Program-made: the position numbers and the translations under genes
Part shown: in pieces, positions 38,093-47,714 of the stretch
How positions within the stretch are numbered: the stretch's first letter is position 1
Layout of the letters: every line of letters starts with the position of its first letter
NCBI GenBank assembly: GCA_019244185.1
Contig: JAFATB010000026.1
Span: 156,130-220,129 of the forward strand
Length of the DNA stretch: 64,000 nucleotides
Direction: 5' to 3'
Source: Acidobacteriota bacterium
GTDB lineage: Bacteria > Acidobacteriota > Thermoanaerobaculia > Gp7-AA8
Notes under the pieces: model-generated
Told to the model about the DNA's origin: nothing
The model's input: the letters and a program-made list of their open reading frames with translations, nothing else
The model's database searches: none

Positions 38093-38813
38093 CTACTTCC
38101 CCTGCAGCCGCCGCACCGCCGCCTGCTTGAGCGCCATGTTCGTGCCGCCGCGCGCGATCGCGCGCACCTCCGATTCCGGCAGCGTCGGCAGGATGCGCAG
38201 CGCGAACGCCTGCGGCGTCTTCGGGTTGTGAATGAGCGCCAGGCGCACGTCGAGACTCGACATCCACTGCGCCGCGTTCATGATGGCCTCGGCGATTTGA
38301 AAGGTGAGGAACGACGACTTCGCGGCGCGCACCACTTCGTCGACCGTGATGCGCGGATTGCGCAGCAGCGACAGCAGCACGCGCGGATCGTTGTCCTGCA
38401 GCAGCAGCGCGCGCTCGGAACGATCCGCCTTGACCGCGAGCAGCAGCTTCTCCATCTGCGAGAGCGCGCGGATGCGATCCCACGCGTTGACGTTCTTGTC
38501 CGGCGTTGTTTCCGCCGCTGTCTCCGCCGCCGTTTCCTCGCGCGCGAGGAGCCGCTCGAGGAGATCGCCGGTGTTGCTCTCGATCGCGAGCGCGATTCCG
38601 TCGGGCAGTTCCGCGACGACTCGCGCGCGCGAACGCCTCGCCGCCCCACGGCCCGCGCAGCGTCACCAGCAGCAGCGCGTGCAGCGGCGCGCGTTCGGCG
38701 GTCACGAGGCGCAGCGCGCCCTGCGAGAGGTTCACGCGATGCTCCTCGCGGACTTCCTCTTCGCTCGCGAACTCCGCGGTGAACGCCGCGTCGGAGACGC
38801 GCCGCACGTTCAT
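38093..38813 (-). pseudogene. Frameshifted gene (PilZ-like N-terminus + helical repeat C-terminus)
   Basis: Coding-like frame MNVRR..GEAFARA switches at the (CG)5 run 38622-38631 into RVVAELPDG..LLRNPRIT..HNPKTP. Confidence 0.7.
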
Positions 38814-38836
38814 GCGGCGATTCTACGCGCGCGGCG

Positions 38837-40948
38837 TCACTCGACGCGGCGCAGCACGATCAGCGAATGCGACTGCACCTGCACCTCGTCGCCCGCGTTC
38901 AACAGGTCGTGCTCGCGCAGGTCGGGCACCGGCTCGTTCGTGTCGATGACCTTCTCCCACCGGTCCCCCCACGGGCATGTCGGCAGCTTGAACGGGAGCG
39001 CATCGCTGTGCGCGTTGAAGAGGAGATAGAAGCTGTCGTCGACGATCGTCTGGCCGCGCTCGTCGGGCGTCGGAATCGCTTCGCCGTTGAGGAACACGCC
39101 GACCGTGCGCGCGTAGCCGGCCTGCCAGTCCTCGTCCGTCATCGGCTCGCCGTCCGGCTTGAACCAGCCGATGTCGCTGACGTCGGTGCCGCGCAGCGGA
39201 CGTCCGTGGAACCAGCCGCGGCGCTGGAACACGGGATGGTCTTTGCGGAACTGGATGACGCGCGCGACGAACGCGCGCAGGCCGTCGTCCATGTGCTCCC
39301 AGTCGAACCACGAGATCTCGTTGTCCTGGCAGTACGCGTTGTTGTTCCCGTGCTGCGTGCGCCCGAACTCGTCGCCGCCGAGCATCATCGGCACGCCCTG
39401 CGAGAGGAAGAGCGTGGTGAGGAAGTTGCGCTGCTGCCGCGCGCGCAGCGCGTTCACCGCGGGATCGTCGGTCTCGCCCTCGGCGCCGCAGTTCCACGAG
39501 CGGTTGTCGTCGGCGCCGTCGTGGTTGTTCTCGCCGTTCGCCTCGTTGTGCTTCCCGTTGTACGAGACGAGGTCGCGCAGCGGGAAGCCGTCGTGCGCGG
39601 TGATGAAGTTGATGCTCGCCGACGGCGCGCGGCCCGTCGTCGCGTAGAGATCGGAGCTGCCGGTGAGGCGCGTGGCGAAGTCGTCGAGCGTCTGATCGGT
39701 GCCGCGCCAGAAGTCGCGCACGACGTCGCGGTACTTGCCGTTCCACTCCGACCACAGCGGCGGGAAGTTGCCGACCTGATAGCCGCCTTCGCCGACGTCC
39801 CACGGCTCGGCGATGAGCTTCACCTGCGAGATGAACGGGTCCTGCTGGATGACGTCGAAGAACGCGGAGAGGCGATCGACGTCGTGCAGCTCGCGCGCGA
39901 GCGTCGCCGCGAGATCGAAGCGGAAGCCGTCCACGTGCATCTCGAGATGCCAGTAGCGCAGCGAGTCCATGATCAGCTGCAGCACGTGCGGGTGCCGCAT
40001 GTTCAAGCTGTTGCCGGTGCCCGTGTAGTCCATGTAGTAGCGCGGGTCGTCGGCGACGGTGCGGTAGTACGCGCTGTTGTCGATGCCTTTCATCGAGAGC
40101 ATCGGCCCGAGGTGATTCCCCTCGGAGGTATGGTTGTAGACGACGTCGAGGATCACTTCGATGCCCTCGTCGTGCAGCGCCTTCACCATCTGCTTGAACT
40201 CCATCACCTGATTCCCGCGCTGGCCGCTCGACGCGTACTCGTTGTGCGGCGCGAGGAAGGAGATCGAGTCGTAGCCCCAGTAGTTGCGCAGCCCGCGCTC
40301 GAGCAGCTGGTTCGCGTGGATGAACTGATGCACGGGCAGCACTTCGACGGCCGTGACGCCGAGCTGCCTGAGGTAGCGGATCGCGGCGGGATGCGCGAGC
40401 CCCGCGTACGAGCCGCGGAGATTTTCCGGGATGCCCGGATGGCGCATCGTGAAGCCTTTGACGTGCGTCTCGTAGATGATCGTCTGGTGCCACGGCGTGC
40501 AGAGGCGCCGGTCGCCGGACCAGTCGAAGAATGGATTGATGACCACGGACCGCGGCATGAACGGCGCGCTGTCGTCCTCGTTCTTCGAGTGTTCGGGATC
40601 GTTGAAGTGATACGGGAACACGGCCTCGTTCCACTTCACTTCACCTTCGACCGCTTTGCCGTACGGATCGAGAAGGAGCTTGGCGGGATTGCAGCGATGT
40701 CCGTGCTCCGGCTCCCACGGTCCATGCACGCGATAGCCGTAGCGCTGGCCGGGACCGGCGTTGGGCAGATAGCCGTGCCAGATGAAGGCGGTGCTCTCCG
40801 GCAGATCGACGCGCGTCTCGTTGCCGGCGTCGTCATACAAACAAAGCTCGACGCGCGTGGCCACTTCGGAGAAGAGGGAGAAGTTGGTGCCGACGCCATC
40901 CCACGTGGCGCCGAGGGGATATGGCTTGCCCGGCCAGAGTTTGATCAC
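38837..40948 (-). CDS. glgX: Glycogen debranching enzyme (GH13)
   Basis: PLGATWDG, NYWGY, DVVYNHT, DGFRFDLA, IAEPWD, FITAHDGF. Confidence 0.97.
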   Translation of the reverse strand: MIKLWPGKPYPLGATWDGVGTNFSLFSEVATRVELCLYDDAGNETRVDLPESTAFIWHGYLPNAGPGQRYGYRVHGPWEPEHGHRCNPAKLLLDPYGKAVEGEVKWNEAVFPYHFNDPEHSKNEDDSAPFMPRSVVINPFFDWSGDRRLCTPWHQTIIYETHVKGFTMRHPGIPENLRGSYAGLAHPAAIRYLRQLGVTAVEVLPVHQFIHANQLLERGLRNYWGYDSISFLAPHNEYASSGQRGNQVMEFKQMVKALHDEGIEVILDVVYNHTSEGNHLGPMLSMKGIDNSAYYRTVADDPRYYMDYTGTGNSLNMRHPHVLQLIMDSLRYWHLEMHVDGFRFDLAATLARELHDVDRLSAFFDVIQQDPFISQVKLIAEPWDVGEGGYQVGNFPPLWSEWNGKYRDVVRDFWRGTDQTLDDFATRLTGSSDLYATTGRAPSASINFITAHDGFPLRDLVSYNGKHNEANGENNHDGADDNRSWNCGAEGETDDPAVNALRARQQRNFLTTLFLSQGVPMMLGGDEFGRTQHGNNNAYCQDNEISWFDWEHMDDGLRAFVARVIQFRKDHPVFQRRGWFHGRPLRGTDVSDIGWFKPDGEPMTDEDWQAGYARTVGVFLNGEAIPTPDERGQTIVDDSFYLLFNAHSDALPFKLPTCPWGDRWEKVIDTNEPVPDLREHDLLNAGDEVQVQSHSLIVLRRVE

Positions 40949-40959
40949 GACGCCGGGAC

Positions 40960-40975
40960 AGCAAGTCCACTGCCA
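40960..40975 (-). promoter_or_regulatory. sigma54 (-24/-12) promoter for glgX
   Basis: Minus strand TGGCAGTGGACTTGCT (GG-N10-GC). Confidence 0.65.
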
Positions 40976-41004
40976 TGGATTGCTGACAATTTGGTCTTCG
41001 CTGA

Positions 41005-41020
41005 TGGCACGCGCCTCGCT
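41005..41020 (+). promoter_or_regulatory. sigma54 (-24/-12) promoter for the GT2-like gene
   Basis: TGGCACGCGCCTCGCT (GG-N10-GC). Confidence 0.6.
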
Positions 41021-41036
41021 GTTATTCGCGATCGCG

Positions 41037-42020
41037 ATGCGAAACAGAAACGCTGCCGAACGCTGCTGCAGTTACGTCGCGATCCTCGAACATGCGGCGG
41101 CTTCCGGCAGCGAGCTGCGCGACCTCGCCACCTATCTCTCCACCCTCGGCGTCGCGAACTGTGACGTGATCATTCTCGACGCGTCGCCGCGTCTGCAGTT
41201 CGAGCTGAACGGCCGCATCCTGCGCTGGGTCGGCCGGCACGTCGCGGTGCGTCCGGAGTTCCGCACGCCGGGCGGCGCGACCGACATCACGCGCGCGGCG
41301 GCGGCACTCGCCGCGTGCGAGAAAGTGATCGTCGCGGCGGATGACGTGCGCTACACGCCGGAAGCGATCGGGCAGCTCTGCGATCTCCTCGACGCGCACG
41401 AAGTGGTCGAGCCGCAGGACTATCTCGAGCCGCTGCCGTGGTGGGGCGGCATCGACGCGGGGCGCATCCTCGTGCATCGCGGGATCGAGCCGCAGCCGGA
41501 CCACGGCGCGACGTACGCGTTTCGCCGCAGCACGGTGCGCGCGATGCGCGCGCTTGGATCGTCGGAGGTGTACGACGATCAGGTGAGGCGCCTCGCGGCG
41601 GTCGGTGCGGAGGTGCACGCGGCGACAGACGTCTTCGTGCGGCGCCAGCCGGCGCCGCTCGGCGACTGGCTGTCCGCGCGGCCGCGGCTCGCCGGCGACG
41701 ACTTCGCGCTGCCGATGAAGACCGCGTTCTTCTTCTCGCTGATGCCGATGCTGCTCCTGCTCGCGGCCGCGGGCGGACTGCGCCTCGCCGGCGGCTACGC
41801 GGGCGTGATCGCGATGGCCACGATCGGACTCGCGCTGCGCGGCCGCGCCGGCGCCGCGGCGTTCTTCCCGCTGCGCGCCGCGCTCTTCGCGCCGCTGTGG
41901 GTCTTCGAGCGGAGCGTGAGCGTCTACTGGGCGCTGTACCGGAAGCTGTGCGGCGTCGAGGCCGATCCGCTGCGCGTGGCGATTCCGGACGCGCGCGAAC
42001 GCGTGGCGAGCGGGGAGTAG
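41037..42020 (+). CDS. GT2-like membrane glycosyltransferase homolog (motifs degenerate)
   Basis: DVIILDAS, ADDVRY, PQDY, C-terminal TM helices; start uncertain. Confidence 0.65.
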   Translation: MRNRNAAERCCSYVAILEHAAASGSELRDLATYLSTLGVANCDVIILDASPRLQFELNGRILRWVGRHVAVRPEFRTPGGATDITRAAAALAACEKVIVAADDVRYTPEAIGQLCDLLDAHEVVEPQDYLEPLPWWGGIDAGRILVHRGIEPQPDHGATYAFRRSTVRAMRALGSSEVYDDQVRRLAAVGAEVHAATDVFVRRQPAPLGDWLSARPRLAGDDFALPMKTAFFFSLMPMLLLLAAAGGLRLAGGYAGVIAMATIGLALRGRAGAAAFFPLRAALFAPLWVFERSVSVYWALYRKLCGVEADPLRVAIPDARERVASGE

Positions 42021-42082
42021 GCGACGGCGATTTCGTGTAGGATGGCGCCGGTCCGTAAATCCTGATCCCGGAGAGCCCCCCT

Positions 42083-42751
42083 ATGTCCGACTCGCTGCAG
42101 TTCGGCCGTGCCGAGTTTGCGCAAGCCGCGCCCGAGCGCGTGGTCTGCGCCGCCTGCCAGCAACCCGTCATCCAGAGTTACTACGAAATCGCGGGACGCG
42201 TTTTCTGCGCGACGTGCCGCGGAGCGTTCGACGCGCCGCGCGAAGGCTCGGGGCTCGTGCGCTTCGTGCGCGCAACGGTCGCGGGCCTCGGCGCCGCGAT
42301 CGCCGGCGCCGCGGTGTGGTACGGCGTGCGCGTCCTCGTCGAGCTCGAGCTCGCGCTGATCGCCATCGGCATCGCCGTCGCCGTCGGCAAGGCCGTGCGA
42401 TGGGGCTCGCGCGGCGTCGGCGGTCCGCTGTATCAGCTGCTCGCCGTCGCGCTCACGTACACCGGCATCGCCTTCAACTATCTCCCCGACCTGCTCAAAA
42501 CCTTCCTCGGCGCGACGACGACCAACGCGCCGCGCGTGCTGCTCGTGCCGATCGCGATCGCCTACTCGTACGCGCTTCCGTTCCTCATGGGGCCGGAGAA
42601 CTTTCTCGGCTGGATCATCATCGCCATCGGTCTGTGGCAGGCGTGGAAGAGCAACGCGCGCGTGAAGCTGACCATCAACGGCCCGTACTCGGTCGCGCCT
42701 TCTGCGCCGATGCTCGTTCCCGCGTTGGATCAAGTCCCGGCGAATGTCTGA
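42083..42751 (+). CDS. Zn-finger membrane protein
   Basis: CAAC..CATC then 4-5 TM segments; GGAG RBS. Confidence 0.8.
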   Translation: MSDSLQFGRAEFAQAAPERVVCAACQQPVIQSYYEIAGRVFCATCRGAFDAPREGSGLVRFVRATVAGLGAAIAGAAVWYGVRVLVELELALIAIGIAVAVGKAVRWGSRGVGGPLYQLLAVALTYTGIAFNYLPDLLKTFLGATTTNAPRVLLVPIAIAYSYALPFLMGPENFLGWIIIAIGLWQAWKSNARVKLTINGPYSVAPSAPMLVPALDQVPANV

Positions 42752-43799
42752 GCTCGCGCTCGCGATCGCACCCTCGCCGCAGCCACCGATGCCGTCGCGC
42801 TGCGACGCGTGCGCGACCGAGCTCGCGCCGGCGCTGCTCGTCTGTCCGTCGTGTCACGCGCTCGTGCATCGCGCGCGGCTCGAAGAGCTCGCGCGCGAGG
42901 CCGGTGACGCGGCGGCGGTGAAGGAGTTCACGCGCGCGGGCGCATTGTGGCGCAGCGCGCTGGCGCTGCTGCCGGAAGGCTCGACGCAGGCGAGCATCGT
43001 CGCGCAACGCGTCGACGCGATGAACGCGGCAGCGTCGGGCAAGACGCTCGAGGAGATGCGGCAGGGTCCGCCCGCGGGAAGCATCTGGGCGAAGATCCTC
43101 GGACCCTTCGGCGCGGCGGGGCTGCTCGTCTGGAAGCTGAAGTTCCTCATCGTCGCGCTGCTGACGAAAGGGAAGCTGCTGCTGCTCGGCCTCACGAAGC
43201 TCTCCACGATCGCGTCGATGTTCGTCTCGTTCGGCGTGTACTGGCGCGCGTGGGGCTGGCAGTTCGCGGCGGTGATCATCCTCGCCATCTACATCCACGA
43301 GATGGGACACGTCGCCGAGCTGCGGCGTCGCGGACTGCCGGCGAGCGCGCCGATGTTCGTCCCCGCGTTCGGCGCGTTCGTGCGCATGCACGAGCATCCG
43401 ACCTCGCCGCGTGAAGACGCGCGCGTCGGCCTCGCGGGACCGCTGTGGGGACTCGGCGCGGCCGTCGCGACGCTCGTCGTCGCGCTCATCACGAAATCGG
43501 CATTCTGGTTCGCGGCGACGCATCTCACGGCCGTCATCAACCTCTTCAATCTGACGCCGGTGTGGCAGCTCGACGGCAGCCGCGGCGTACATCCGCTCTC
43601 GCGTCTGCAGCGCGTGCTGCTCGTCGGAGTGATCGCGGCGGCGTGGGGCTTCTCACGCGAGAAGATGCTCGTGCTCGTGGCGCTCGTGCTGATCTGGCGT
43701 GCGGCGGAGAAGCAGAGCGCGACCGCGCACGACTGGCCGGTGTTCACCCGCTACGCGATGCTGATCGTCGCGTTCGCGGCGCTCGCGCTGGCGCATTGA
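42744..43799 (+). CDS. Site-2 protease (M50) with N-terminal Zn ribbon
   Basis: HEMGH, AGP, NLTPVWQLDG; CDAC..CPSC. Confidence 0.92.
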   Translation: MSELALAIAPSPQPPMPSRCDACATELAPALLVCPSCHALVHRARLEELAREAGDAAAVKEFTRAGALWRSALALLPEGSTQASIVAQRVDAMNAAASGKTLEEMRQGPPAGSIWAKILGPFGAAGLLVWKLKFLIVALLTKGKLLLLGLTKLSTIASMFVSFGVYWRAWGWQFAAVIILAIYIHEMGHVAELRRRGLPASAPMFVPAFGAFVRMHEHPTSPREDARVGLAGPLWGLGAAVATLVVALITKSAFWFAATHLTAVINLFNLTPVWQLDGSRGVHPLSRLQRVLLVGVIAAAWGFSREKMLVLVALVLIWRAAEKQSATAHDWPVFTRYAMLIVAFAALALAH

Positions 43800-43821
43800 G
43801 ATTCCGCGCGCGCGCCGCGGG

Positions 43822-44166
43822 TCAGGCCTTCTGGAACGCCTTCATCGCCTCGTCCTCGCTGTCGTAGACCGTGAACATCGGCAGGAGGTTGGTGAGGCGG
43901 AGCGTCTTCGTCACGCGGTCCTGCGGCTTGAGCAGGCGCAACGACGCGCCGGTGCGTTGCGACTCGCGGTAGGCCTGCACGAGCTCGCCGAGGCCGTTGC
44001 TGTCGATGTAATCCATCTCCGAGAGGTTGAGGAGGATCTTGCGTCCGCCCTCGGAGAGGATCTCGTGAATGACTCGCGGAAGAATGGTCTCGCTGACGCC
44101 GATGGCCATCCTTCCCTTGAAATCGACGACGGTCACGTCGCCCTGTTTGCGCACCGCGATATCCAT
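43822..44166 (-). CDS. STAS-domain anti-sigma factor antagonist
   Basis: ILLNLSEMDYIDSNGLGELV with phosphorylatable Ser. Confidence 0.92.
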   Translation of the reverse strand: MDIAVRKQGDVTVVDFKGRMAIGVSETILPRVIHEILSEGGRKILLNLSEMDYIDSNGLGELVQAYRESQRTGASLRLLKPQDRVTKTLRLTNLLPMFTVYDSEDEAMKAFQKA

Positions 44167-44239
44167 GCGACGCGGATGATAGTCGACTTCGCCGCCGCTT
44201 CACATCCCGCGCGTGTGCCGACATCGATTGGCGCGACGT

Positions 44240-44311
44240 GGCCGTCCTCGCCGGCCCGGCATTCGTCACGCGCGACGGCGGATTCGTCACACGTTTCGGT
44301 GAACTCGTCCC
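44240..44311 (+). promoter_or_regulatory. LytTR-type direct repeat array (21-bp period)
   Basis: GGCCGTCCT (44240), ATTCGTCAC (44261), ATTCGTCAC (44282), ACTCGTCCC (44303); TACACT -10 at 44342. Confidence 0.7.
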
Positions 44312-44369
44312 ATCGCCTTACCGCGGCGAAGGCCTCGGCCCTACACTTCGATGTTCCTTCTTTCGGCAG

Positions 44370-45509
44370 ATGGAGAATCCAACCGTCGCCTCGCACGATT
44401 CGCGTCTCTCCAGAAGGGTGCGCTGGTTCGGTCAGGTGCTCGCCGGCTGCGCCCTGGTCGGCCTCTTCCGCGCCAGTCACGAGTGGATGTTCAGCGCGTT
44501 TTCCGACGCGCACATCCCGCTGCAGCAGCTCGTGGTGCCGTATCTCCTCATCAGCGTCTCGTGGGCGGTCCTGACCGCGGTCGTCTTCGGCGTCGTCTAC
44601 CGCATTCCGATGGGCCGGCTCGACTCGTGGCGGACGCTCCTCACGATCTTCGTGCCGATGATCGTCATGGTCGCCGCCACCGCCGTCGTCGGCGAGCATC
44701 TCTCGTATCAGATCTCGCAGTCGACGCGCGCCGCGCTCACGAGCCGCTTCTTCATGCACGAGTTTCATCCCGCGCTCTTCGACGCCTTCATCATCCTCGG
44801 CATCGCCTGCGCGATCCGCATCCGCGACGACGCGGCCGAGCGCGCGCTGCGCACCGAGCGGCTCGAGTCGCAGCTGGGCCAGGCGCAGATCCGCGCGCTG
44901 CGCTCGCAGCTGCAGCCGCACTTCCTCTTCAACGCCCTGCACTCGATCTCCGCGGTCGTCTACGACGCGCCGGAAAAAGCGGAGGTGATGATCGCGCGCC
45001 TCGCCGACCTGCTGCGCATGTCGATCGACTCCGCGCACGACCAGTTCGTGCCGCTGCGCAGCGAGATCGCCTTCGTCAGCCGCTATCTCGACGTACAGCA
45101 GGCGCGCTTCGGCGAGCAGCTGCGCGTCTGCTGGAACCTCGACGTCACGACGCTCGGCCTGCCGGTGCCGAACTTCATCCTGCAGCCGCTGCTCGAGAAC
45201 TGCTTCAAGCACGGCATCGGGCAGTCGCCCGGCCCGTACACGATCCGCCTCGTCACCGCGCTCGAAGACGCGTCGCTCGTCCTGCGCATCGAAGAAGAGC
45301 ACGGCGCCGGCGGCGCCTTGCCGGCCGGACCGGTCGGCGACGGCGTCGGCCTCGCGAATCTCCGCGCGCGGCTGCACGCGCTCTACGGCGGCAGCGCGTC
45401 GCTCGACGTGCGCATCCGCCACGAGAACGGCGGGGGTAGCGTCGCCATCGTGCGTCTGCCGCCCGGCGCGCTCGCCGTCGCGGACGATCCGCACAGCAGC
45501 GCCGCGTGA
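44370..45509 (+). CDS. LytS-family sensor histidine kinase
   Basis: TM helices, QLQPHFLFNALH, ENCFKHG, GVGLANLRARL. Confidence 0.9.
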   Translation: MENPTVASHDSRLSRRVRWFGQVLAGCALVGLFRASHEWMFSAFSDAHIPLQQLVVPYLLISVSWAVLTAVVFGVVYRIPMGRLDSWRTLLTIFVPMIVMVAATAVVGEHLSYQISQSTRAALTSRFFMHEFHPALFDAFIILGIACAIRIRDDAAERALRTERLESQLGQAQIRALRSQLQPHFLFNALHSISAVVYDAPEKAEVMIARLADLLRMSIDSAHDQFVPLRSEIAFVSRYLDVQQARFGEQLRVCWNLDVTTLGLPVPNFILQPLLENCFKHGIGQSPGPYTIRLVTALEDASLVLRIEEEHGAGGALPAGPVGDGVGLANLRARLHALYGGSASLDVRIRHENGGGSVAIVRLPPGALAVADDPHSSAA

Positions 45510-45522
45510 TGCGGGGCGCGCG

Positions 45523-46299
45523 TCAGACGCCGATAATCGCGCGCTCGAGACGCGCGCGATACGTGGCCGACAACCGCAGCTGCTTGCCGTCGCGCAGCAC
45601 GACGATGAGGTCGCGATGAAACGCGCTGTGCAGCGCCGCGATGCGGTCGACGTTGACGATCGTCGAGCGGTGGATGCGGATGAACGACGCGGGATCGACG
45701 CTCTGCTCGAACTCGGCGATGGTGACGCGGTGCAGATGCGACTCACGGCCACAGTGCAGCCGCACGTAGTTGCCTTCCGCGCTGATGTAGTCGACGTCCT
45801 GCATCCGCAGCACGATCGAACGCTTCCCCGAGCGCACCGCCAGACGGTCGATGTGCTTCAGCGTCTCCTCGGCGGCGCTCTCTTCCTGCGCGGCGGACGC
45901 CCGCGCGTAACGGCGACGGCGCACGCGATCGAGCGCGCGCGCGAAACGCTCGCGGTCGAACGGCTTGAGCAGATAGTCGGTCGCGCGCGTATCGAAGGCG
46001 CGCACCGCGTAGTCGGCGAACGCGGTGACGAAGATGATCTCCGGCTCGTAGTCGCCGTGCGTGGCGAGCTCGCCGACGATGTCGAAGCCGCTCAGCTGCG
46101 GCATCTCGACGTCCATGAAGATGAGGTCGGGCCGGCTCTCGCTCAGCTCGTCCGCGACATGCGCGCCGCCCGGATACTCGTCGACGACGGTGATGTCGCT
46201 CTCGTGCAGGAGCAGGTCGCGGATCCGCTTGCGCGAAAACGGCTCGTCGTCCACCACGGCCGCGCGGATCAACGCGCCCTCGCCCGTCAGCGTCTGCAT
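45523..46299 (-). CDS. LytTR response regulator (convergent with the kinase)
   Basis: DDEP, FMDVEMP, DYLLKPF, FIRIHRSTIVN. Confidence 0.95.
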   Translation of the reverse strand: MQTLTGEGALIRAAVVDDEPFSRKRIRDLLLHESDITVVDEYPGGAHVADELSESRPDLIFMDVEMPQLSGFDIVGELATHGDYEPEIIFVTAFADYAVRAFDTRATDYLLKPFDRERFARALDRVRRRRYARASAAQEESAAEETLKHIDRLAVRSGKRSIVLRMQDVDYISAEGNYVRLHCGRESHLHRVTIAEFEQSVDPASFIRIHRSTIVNVDRIAALHSAFHRDLIVVLRDGKQLRLSATYRARLERAIIGV

Positions 46300-46475
46300 C
46301 GTTTAAGTTCCCGCGAAGCCGTCATTCTGGCTGCAAAATAAGTAGGGGATGTGAGCTTTTGGTGACGAACCAGACTCGGCGGCATGCCCAGTGATACGGG
46401 CCGCCCGCGGCGATCATCCACCCGCCGCTCCGCCGTCTGCGCCTATGATCCACGCGCCGCTTCGGCCGCGCATCC

Positions 46476-47183
46476 ATGAACCTCCTCCTCCTCTTCGACG
46501 ACGACTTCGTGGACGCGCATCGCGTGCGGCTGACGGGACGCCGGCGCGAGCACGTGATGCATGTGCACCGCGCGGGGGTCGGGGACGCGCTCGTGGTTGG
46601 GCGCGCGGGCGGGCGGGTGGGGGAGGGGACGATCGTGCGGCTCGACGACGACGCGCTGGAGCTCGACGTCGTGCTCGATCGCGAGCCGCCGCCGGCGCTG
46701 CCGCTCACGTTGGTACTCGCGCTGCCGCGGCCGAAGGTGCTGAACCGCGTCCTCGCGGGCGCGACGTCGATGGGGGTCAAGCGCATCGTGCTCGTCAACG
46801 CGTGGCGCGTCGAGAAGAGCTACTGGAAGTCGCCGCGGATGTCGGTGGAGAACCTCCTCCTGCAGCGCGTGCTCGGGCTCGAGCAGGCGCGCGACACGAT
46901 CCTGCCCTCGATCGACGTGCAGCGCTTCTTCCGTCCGTTCGTCGAGCGCGAGCTGCCGGAGCTCGCGCGCGGCTCGCTCGCGGTCGTCGCGCATCCCGGC
47001 GCGCGCGACGAATGTCCGCGTAACGTCGGGCAGCCGGTGACGCTCGTCATCGGTCCCGAAGGCGGGTTCATCGACGAGGAGATCGCGTCGCTGGAGAAGG
47101 CCGGCTTCGCGCCGGTGAGTCTCGGCGAACGCGTGCTGCGCGTCGAGACGGCGGTCGCCGCGCTCCTCGGAAGACTCTTCTGA
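46476..47183 (+). CDS. rsmE: 16S rRNA m3U1498 methyltransferase
   Basis: LALPRPK, IGPEGGF, LGERVLRVETA. Confidence 0.93.
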   Translation: MNLLLLFDDDFVDAHRVRLTGRRREHVMHVHRAGVGDALVVGRAGGRVGEGTIVRLDDDALELDVVLDREPPPALPLTLVLALPRPKVLNRVLAGATSMGVKRIVLVNAWRVEKSYWKSPRMSVENLLLQRVLGLEQARDTILPSIDVQRFFRPFVERELPELARGSLAVVAHPGARDECPRNVGQPVTLVIGPEGGFIDEEIASLEKAGFAPVSLGERVLRVETAVAALLGRLF

Positions 47184-47210
47184 GGTGCGGTGTTACCATG
47201 CGCCGTTCCC

Positions 47211-47714
47211 ATGCAGCGCAATCAGGTCCTCTTCCTCGTCAAATTCTTTCTGATCCTCGTCGCGGCGTACCTGCTCATCGCCTGGACGCCGGTCAACGAC
47301 CGCGTGATCGTGCCGTTCACGCACGGCGTGGCCGCGGCGTCGGGCGCGCTGCTCAACGGCATCGGCCAGCACGTCGCCGTCGACGGCACGGTCATCCGCT
47401 CGCCGCGCTTCGGCGTGAACATCAACAACGGCTGCAACGGCGTCGAGGCGATGCTGATCCTGCTCGCGTCGATCGTGGCCTTCCCCGCGTCGCCGAAGCA
47501 GCGCGCGATCGGGCTGTTGCTCGGCGCGATCGCCGTGCAGGCGCTCAACGCGATCCGCATCGTGACGCTCTATCTCCTCGGCGCGTATCAGCCGCGCCTC
47601 TTCGACATCTTCCACACCGCCGTCTGGCAGATCGCGATCATCCTCGCGGCCATCGGATTCTTCCTCGCATGGAGTGCACGGGTTGCCCCGACTCGACTGG
47701 CGAACCGCGCTTAA
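47211..47714 (+). CDS. xrtH: Exosortase H
   Basis: GCNGVEA (Cys), NAIRI (Arg), FHTAVWQ (His) triad; compact exosortase form. Confidence 0.85.
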   Translation: MQRNQVLFLVKFFLILVAAYLLIAWTPVNDRVIVPFTHGVAAASGALLNGIGQHVAVDGTVIRSPRFGVNINNGCNGVEAMLILLASIVAFPASPKQRAIGLLLGAIAVQALNAIRIVTLYLLGAYQPRLFDIFHTAVWQIAIILAAIGFFLAWSARVAPTRLANRA

